NCBI GenBank assembly: GCA_001275005.1
Contig: JWZX01002453.1
Coordinates: forward strand, 1-44,094
Source: Chrysochromulina tobinii
Taxonomy: Eukaryota
Reading direction: 5' to 3'
Length of the DNA: 44,094 nucleotides
Part shown: positions 38,686-44,094 of the stretch, piece after piece
Layout: each line of letters begins with the position of its first letter
How positions within the stretch are numbered: the first letter of the stretch is position 1
Made by a program: the position numbers and the translations under genes
The notes under the pieces: model-generated
What the model was told of the DNA's origin: nothing
The model's database searches: none
Seen by the model: the letters and a program-made list of their open reading frames with translations, nothing else

Positions 38686-41313
38686 TCAACCAGCCTCGAC
38701 GAAACTCATGATCTGACGGTAATTTTCGTCCAACGACTCTTCGGCGCTCTCGGCCATGATCTCCTTGAGCTCGGCCTCCGTAAGACCAAAGTAGCTCGGA
38801 CTCTGGGTCAGCTGCGACGCCACGTCGCCCGTCGCATATGCCTGTGCACGCAGCTGCTCATAGAAGGCCTGGAAGTACGAGGACGTCGCGCTCGCGCTGC
38901 GCAGGCTCGCCGACGGGCTCAAAGCGGTCTCGGCGCCGACGAGACCCGCGCTTGAGAAGTCGTTGAGCATCATGCCGCCGTCGGAGTGGCTCAATGAGTC
39001 GCTCAGCTCCGGGTCTGGCACCAACGGCACTGCTGCCGTCGATGGCGCGCCGGCGCCGTCGCTTGGGGCGCAACCGTCTGCCTGCACGTCTACCTTGGCG
39101 AGAGGCTGCAGCGGAGCGTAGAGTGGCGAGGCCGTGGCCGGCAGTGACGAGGATGGCGGGACTGGCAAGCTCGCATGCAAGCTCGCGACGCGACTGGAAA
39201 GCGGGGGCGCATCAGCGGGCGGCGCTGCAAGGGGGGCGATCCCAATTTGGGCGATCCATACGGATCCGAGCGCGGCGCGTGCGCTCAGCCGGCGAGCAGG
39301 GGGGAGGGCGAGGAGACCGGCGACGAGCTCAGAGGCGGCTCGGCCGCGCTCAGCGGGCACTGGCTCGTATTGGCATCGCGTGATGTTGCGCACGAGCATG
39401 CGCATATCGTCGCCATCGAAGGGGAGGCGCGACGTGAGGAAGGCGTACAGGATGACCCCGCAGCTCCACATGTCACTCTTGCTCGCATCGAAGCCTTCGA
39501 GTGGTCCGATGCCGACGAGCTCGGGGGCGGCGTACAGGGGCGAGCCGCAGCACGTGGTGCTCAGCACCCCGATCGGATTCAGATCGCTGAGCCCGAAGTC
39601 GGTGATCTTGAGGGTCCAGCCCTCCCACGATGGGCGCTCGGCGGCCACGTCGACGCTCGACGCGGGGGCCGCGGCGGGCGGAGCGCCCGAACCGCCGCTC
39701 GCGCCGCCGCCCGCCCCAGCGCTCTCGCACAGCATCAGGTTCTCAAGCTTGAGGTCGCGGTGGCCAATTCCGAGCGAGTGGCAGAAGGCGACGCCCTCGA
39801 GCAGCTGCGCGAAGAAGTAGCGTGCCTCGGAGGTGCGCAGATCCTGGCACTCATTTATGTATCGGAGCATGTCGCCCCCTGTACAGAACTCCATCACCAG
39901 CAGAAACTCCTTCGGCGTTGTCACCCACGTGTAGAGACGCACGATGTTGTCGTGGCGCAGCAAATTGTGGTGCTTTATTTCGCGCTGCAGCAGCTCCTCC
40001 TCGCTCGCAGCCGCCGAGGGCCGCGTCTTTCGCTTGATAATTTTCACTGCCACCTGGTGGCCGGTCAAACGATTTGTGGCAAGCTTCACTGTTGCAAAGC
40101 TTCCCTTGCCGAGCACGCGCGACCAGAAGCCCACGTAGTAGTCGCGAAACTGGAGCTCGCCGCCCTCGCATGGCTCGCGGCCGAGCGGAACATCGCGTTC
40201 ATCATCGCCGTACACGATGTCATCGTCAAGGAAGACGACCTCGACGTCGTTGGGCCGTCCTGCACTGCTGGCCGTCTGACCCATGTCCTGGACGCGTTCC
40301 TGAGGGCAGTTTGTGTCCAAATTTGGGAGCCAAATTCTCGAAAGCATGCCTGGCGATTGCGCCTCGTTCAACCTCTCCTTGGACTTGTCGCTGCTTTCTC
40401 CAGGCCCAGCCTGGACACCCGATCGACATCGCGCGGCCTCGTGGTCAAATGTCTTCTCAAGCCCCGTGGCCACAAGGCCACCTGTGGCTTTGACGGCCTC
40501 GCCGACGGCCTTCGCGCCATCTAGGCTCATCTTGCCAACAAAGACGGCACCGTCCACGGTCGCCGAGCCAACGGCTTTGGTGCCGTCCACGATGACGGTG
40601 CCGACGGCCTTGGCGCCGTCTACGGTTGCAGCGCCGGCGGCCTTGAAACCTTCGACCGACAACAAGATAGCAGCACCTTCTCCGATTGCCTTGACACCCC
40701 CCACAGTGGCGCCGAAGCCAGCGTCGACGGCGCCGTAGAGCCCCCCCTCCACCTTTGGGGGCCCAGCGCGCGTGATGATCTTGAACTCATTCAGGCCGAT
40801 CTCGCTGTCCTTGCGTGACAATCGACCGTTGCGCGCCGTCAGGATCATCTCGCCGATGGTGTCCTCGTCGAGTCCATTGTCGTACACGCTCAGGAGGTAC
40901 GCCTTCATCTGTGTGGCGTTGATCTTGCCTCTTTTGCCCTCGTCCACCTTAGCAAACGCCGCCTCCAGGCCCGCGTCCGATTTGTCGATGTCCTCGCCAA
41001 AGACAGACTGGAAGCCCGCGGCCAAGCCGAGCAACTCAAATGTCTTCTCGAGCCCAGTGACCAAGAGGCCACCTGTGGCTTTGACGCCCTCGCCGACGGC
41101 CTTGGCGCCATCTAGGCTCATCTTGCCGACAAAGACGGCACCGTCCACGGTCGCCGAGCCAACGGCCTTAGCACCTTCAAGGCTCATCTTTCCGACAAAG
41201 ACTGCGCCGTCCACGGTAGCCTGGCCAGCGGCCTTCATATTTTCAACGGACAGCTCGACAATTCCAGTGTTTGTCGCCTCGGGTGGCGGGGGCAGCACTG
41301 CTTCCTGCTTCAT
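38686..41313 (-). CDS. Ser/Thr kinase (CAMK group, SNF1/AMPK-MARK-like) preceded by 11-mer amphipathic repeats and a degenerate EF-hand pair
   Basis: GKGSFATV, VAVKII, HRDLKLEN, DFG, CGSPLYAAPE, DMWSCGVILY. The N-terminus has (ATVDGAKAVGS)-like repeats and an EF-like 'AAFAKVDEGKRGKINATQM'. Start placed at MKQEAVL; alternative start MGQTAS at 40284. Confidence 0.88.
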   Translation of the reverse strand: MKQEAVLPPPPEATNTGIVELSVENMKAAGQATVDGAVFVGKMSLEGAKAVGSATVDGAVFVGKMSLDGAKAVGEGVKATGGLLVTGLEKTFELLGLAAGFQSVFGEDIDKSDAGLEAAFAKVDEGKRGKINATQMKAYLLSVYDNGLDEDTIGEMILTARNGRLSRKDSEIGLNEFKIITRAGPPKVEGGLYGAVDAGFGATVGGVKAIGEGAAILLSVEGFKAAGAATVDGAKAVGTVIVDGTKAVGSATVDGAVFVGKMSLDGAKAVGEAVKATGGLVATGLEKTFDHEAARCRSGVQAGPGESSDKSKERLNEAQSPGMLSRIWLPNLDTNCPQERVQDMGQTASSAGRPNDVEVVFLDDDIVYGDDERDVPLGREPCEGGELQFRDYYVGFWSRVLGKGSFATVKLATNRLTGHQVAVKIIKRKTRPSAAASEEELLQREIKHHNLLRHDNIVRLYTWVTTPKEFLLVMEFCTGGDMLRYINECQDLRTSEARYFFAQLLEGVAFCHSLGIGHRDLKLENLMLCESAGAGGGASGGSGAPPAAAPASSVDVAAERPSWEGWTLKITDFGLSDLNPIGVLSTTCCGSPLYAAPELVGIGPLEGFDASKSDMWSCGVILYAFLTSRLPFDGDDMRMLVRNITRCQYEPVPAERGRAASELVAGLLALPPARRLSARAALGSVWIAQIGIAPLAAPPADAPPLSSRVASLHASLPVPPSSSLPATASPLYAPLQPLAKVDVQADGCAPSDGAGAPSTAAVPLVPDPELSDSLSHSDGGMMLNDFSSAGLVGAETALSPSASLRSASATSSYFQAFYEQLRAQAYATGDVASQLTQSPSYFGLTEAELKEIMAESAEESLDENYRQIMSFVEAG
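40446..41166. repeat. Dispersed ~130-bp internal duplication (40446-40575 vs 41037-41166) flanking the EF-like pair
   Basis: Both copies encode AVGSATVDGAVFVGKMSLDGAKAVGE[A/G]VKATGGL[V/L][A/V]TGLEKTF with few nucleotide differences. Confidence 0.9.
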
Positions 41314-41528
41314 GCACAATGCACAAAGGCCAGACAGACTGCGAGACAGCCAAGGACTCCCTTGAAGGTATCGAAAGGATCGACATCGAAAAAACCCCCA
41401 AAGATTTCTAGAAACGCATGCTGCGAGCAGCGGGCAGGTCACTGACCAAAACTAGACAACGTTGTGAGGGGGTGTGCGTGAGGAGTCCTACTTTCACAGA
41501 GGCGGGCTAGTGTGAAAACGCGTTGAGG

Positions 41529-44050
41529 ATGGCCTACCCGCTCACGCCCGGCGGCATCGACGCGCTGCTGCAAAACTCCGCCGAGGCGGGCGCCGCGCCG
41601 GTGCTGCAGGTGGTCGCGCTTTACCGCCTCGCGCTCGACGCGACGTGGTTTGCCGCGACGCATGAGACAGCGCGGCCTGAAGGTGGCGATGCGTTCGATT
41701 TGGTGCTCTCCGACGGTGTGCACACGCTCAAGTGCGTGCTTTCGACGGCGCTCAACCCGCGCATATACCGCGGCTGGCTGCGCCGCCACTCGATCGTCCG
41801 CGTCTCAGGCTGGCGTCGGCTGGTCGACGAGCGGCTCCCCGTGACTGGTGCGCCTGTGGCGGTGGTGGTTTTCGTGAACGACCTCAAGGCGGTGTGGCTG
41901 CCGAGCGAGGAGCCCGCTGCCGAGGAGCCGGCCTTCACACGTGTGCTCCCGTGCATCGGCCAGGACGAGCTCGCGCCCCACCCGTCGGCCGCAGCCGCGG
42001 GTGCCCTCGGCGACGACGCGGCGCCTCTCCTTGGGCAGCGGCAGCACTACCTGCGCACGGACGCGGACGAAGTGCTCCTCACCGAGCGGTGGGGCGCCCT
42101 TGCGCAGCCCGCGCCCGACGAGGACGACGAGGCAGAGCCGGATGCGGTGCCGTCGGCGGAGGCCGTGCCCGAGCTTGTGCATGCCAAGCTGCGCATGACC
42201 GACGAGGCTGTGCCGAGCGCCCAGACGGCGCCAAGCCGAGTGCTGGGCGAGGCGCCAGCGCAGCGCGGCCGGCCACGGAGCAAGGGCGACATCCCGCCGC
42301 TCGTGGGGCGCATCGTGCGCGTCGGCCCCCTTCGCTTCTTCGGTGGTCTGCACGAGCGGCACGCGATGCGCTACGCGGTGTGCGCCACCGTCTGGGTGCG
42401 TGACGCGACGGGTGAGCTGCCGGTCACGCTGTGGAATCGGCAGTGCGAGAGCCTGTACATGCGCCTCTGCCGCGCCTCGCTCGTCGTCGTGCGCGGCTAC
42501 CGCCTCGGCCTCTGGCGCACCGGTTTCGACGAGGGTATGACTGAATGGCGTGCCAATGTGAACACAACCAACCCGACGGGCTCTGTGGTCGCGATCGACG
42601 AGGGCGCGCTCGCGGACGCGTGGGGTGACGACGTGGCAAGCCGCCGGCTGCCGCCCGGCCAGCCTCCGCTCACGGCCGCCACGCGTACCGCTCTCGTGCA
42701 GGCTGCCGCCGACCTCGCCGCCGCCCGCGCGTCCGCTGACAGGTCTACGGATCGAGAGGCCATGAGTGGCGACGCGGCGGAGGTGCCCTCGTTCGGCCCG
42801 TCGGAGGAGGGCGTGGGCGAGGCGGTCACTGCGTGGGGGCACGATCCCGACGTCGTCGGCGAAGCACGCACGCCCCCTGTCGACGTCGCGTGTGTCGTGG
42901 TGCGTGCCTTCGCCCCCTTTCGTCATCGGCTGCCCACGAGCGCGCGACGGCCGACGGTGCGCTTTGTGCGCGCGCGCTGGCTGCTGGTCCTGCTGCCGGA
43001 CGGCGACGCGCCGCTTCCGCTGCTGCTGTACGCCCATCACCTGCCCACCCTGCCCGAGGCTGTGCGCTGCTTTCCGCCCGACGAGGCGAGCCGGCAGCCG
43101 GCCGGCCCCGCCGCCGCCGACCTGGCGACCGGGCTGCCCATGCTCTTTCGACTGCTGGCTGTCGAGGAGGCGGGCGCGGCGGCAGAGGAGGCGAGTGCGG
43201 CTGGTGGCACGAGCGCGGCGGACGCGGCGCTCGGCACGGCGGCGCGCAGCGGCGGCTCGCGGCGGGTGGTGCTTCGCTCGACGCCTGGGACGCACGCGCT
43301 CGTGCCCGAGGGCACGCAGCTGCCCTTCGGGCTCGAGGTCGATGGGCTCGATGCAATGTGCGCCGCGTGGATCGCATCCAGGGACGCCTGGGCCGGCCGC
43401 CTGACCGTCGACGCCAGAGCCGCGCCCCACCGATCGCCCGCGGGCCTCGCCTCTCTCTTCGTGGACGGGCTGCCGCCATACGGCGCGCTCCGAGCGGTGC
43501 GCGGCGGCGCGGGCGCAGCGCTCGCGGGCGGAGTGGGCGGCGGCCGGCCGCAACGGCTCTTCTCCGAGCTGCCCGGCTGCCTGAGCGCTCTCTATGCCAA
43601 CGAGCTGTGCACAGTCCTCGCTCTTGCCAAGCTCGCGCCGCTGGTTGCCGCCGCCGACGGGGCGGCCGCCGCCGCATACAGGCCGCAGGTCTCGGCCGAC
43701 GGCGTGGTGGGCGTGGGCGTGCATCTGGTCGACGTCAACGACGCCGCCGAGCCGCTGCGCGCCACGCTTTTCATGCACGATGGCGTGTCGCACCCCGGGC
43801 AGTCGAGTACCCTCTGGCGTGCCCTGAGCGCCGCCGCCGCCGCCGTGCTGGGTCAGCCGCCTCCCGCGCGCGCGCCCCGGTGCACGGTGAACACCGTCAG
43901 CGCCGCGCTCGAGGCCCTCGAGGGTGTGCCTCTCGCCCTTGCCCTCGACCTGTACAAGCCTCTGCAGGCGCCGCGTGGAGGAGCGCCCGGCGTGCCTCTC
44001 GTTGAGGTGGTTGGCATCTATACCCTCAACTCGGCGCCCGCGCCCGCGCC

Positions 44051-44094
<44 letters not shown>
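41529..44094 (+). CDS. RADX: RADX-like (RPA-related) multi-OB-fold ssDNA-binding protein; 3'-truncated by the window end
   Basis: Hand translation from ATG 41529 gives no stop to 44094 (855 codons): MAYPLTPGGIDALL...PVLQVVALYR...FDLVLSDGVHTLKCVLSTALNPRIYRGWLR (RPA70N/RADX OB1), PLLGQRQHYL, PPLVGRIVRVGPLRFFG...VRDATGELPVTLWNRQCESLY (OB2), VDVACVV...RWLLV (OB3), FSELPGCLSALYANE...ALDLY...VEVVGIY (OB4-like). It is absent from the ORF track because it has no stop codon in the window. Confidence 0.75.
44034..44094 (+). repeat. (GCGCCC)n hexamer microsatellite encoding (Ala-Pro)n
   Basis: About 10 near-perfect units running to the window end. Confidence 0.95.

Noticed and set aside
39175..40524. 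449-aa plus-strand ORF
   Set aside because: Antisense shadow of the kinase; long stop-free shadows are expected at this GC content.
41805..43793. 662-aa minus-strand ORF and other ORFs listed over 41439-44005
   Set aside because: Arg/Ala/Gly-rich antisense or off-frame shadows of the + strand RADX-like frame; no domain motifs.

Overview
This is a gene-dense, very GC-rich, intron-poor eukaryotic window. It shows GT-AG introns and eukaryotic domains (PX, chromo, AP2, IQ, EF-hand, PDZ). My inference is a haptophyte-like microalga; that was not tested by search. I support about 14 protein-coding genes: (1) an SCP2-PX-ABC1/UbiB kinase-beta-lactamase-fold fusion with a probable 1-nt frameshift; (2) a spliced voltage-gated CNBD-type cation channel with an atypical TGTGGTD pore; (3) a degenerate DEAD-box helicase; (4) an AIG1/ADTRP-like membrane protein; (5) a PDZ protein; (6) a large secreted protein with about 10 IPT/TIG repeats plus a CUB-like domain; (7) an EF-hand/SAM-like protein; (8) a J-domain(HTD)-chromodomain-DEK_C protein; (9) a CCDC17-like protein; (10) an IQ protein; (11) an AP2 factor; (12) a small 4-TM protein; (13) an 11-mer-repeat/EF-like/SNF1-MARK-type kinase; and (14) a RADX-like four-OB-fold gene that is missing from the supplied ORF track because it runs off the window end. 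There is also a recurring signature of short (20-40 bp) copies of nearby sequence, in either orientation, some flanked by duplications. These include a two-module repeat shared by loci 7 kb apart. I found no rRNA, tRNA, CRISPR array or transposase. All family calls come from motif recognition, not database searches.
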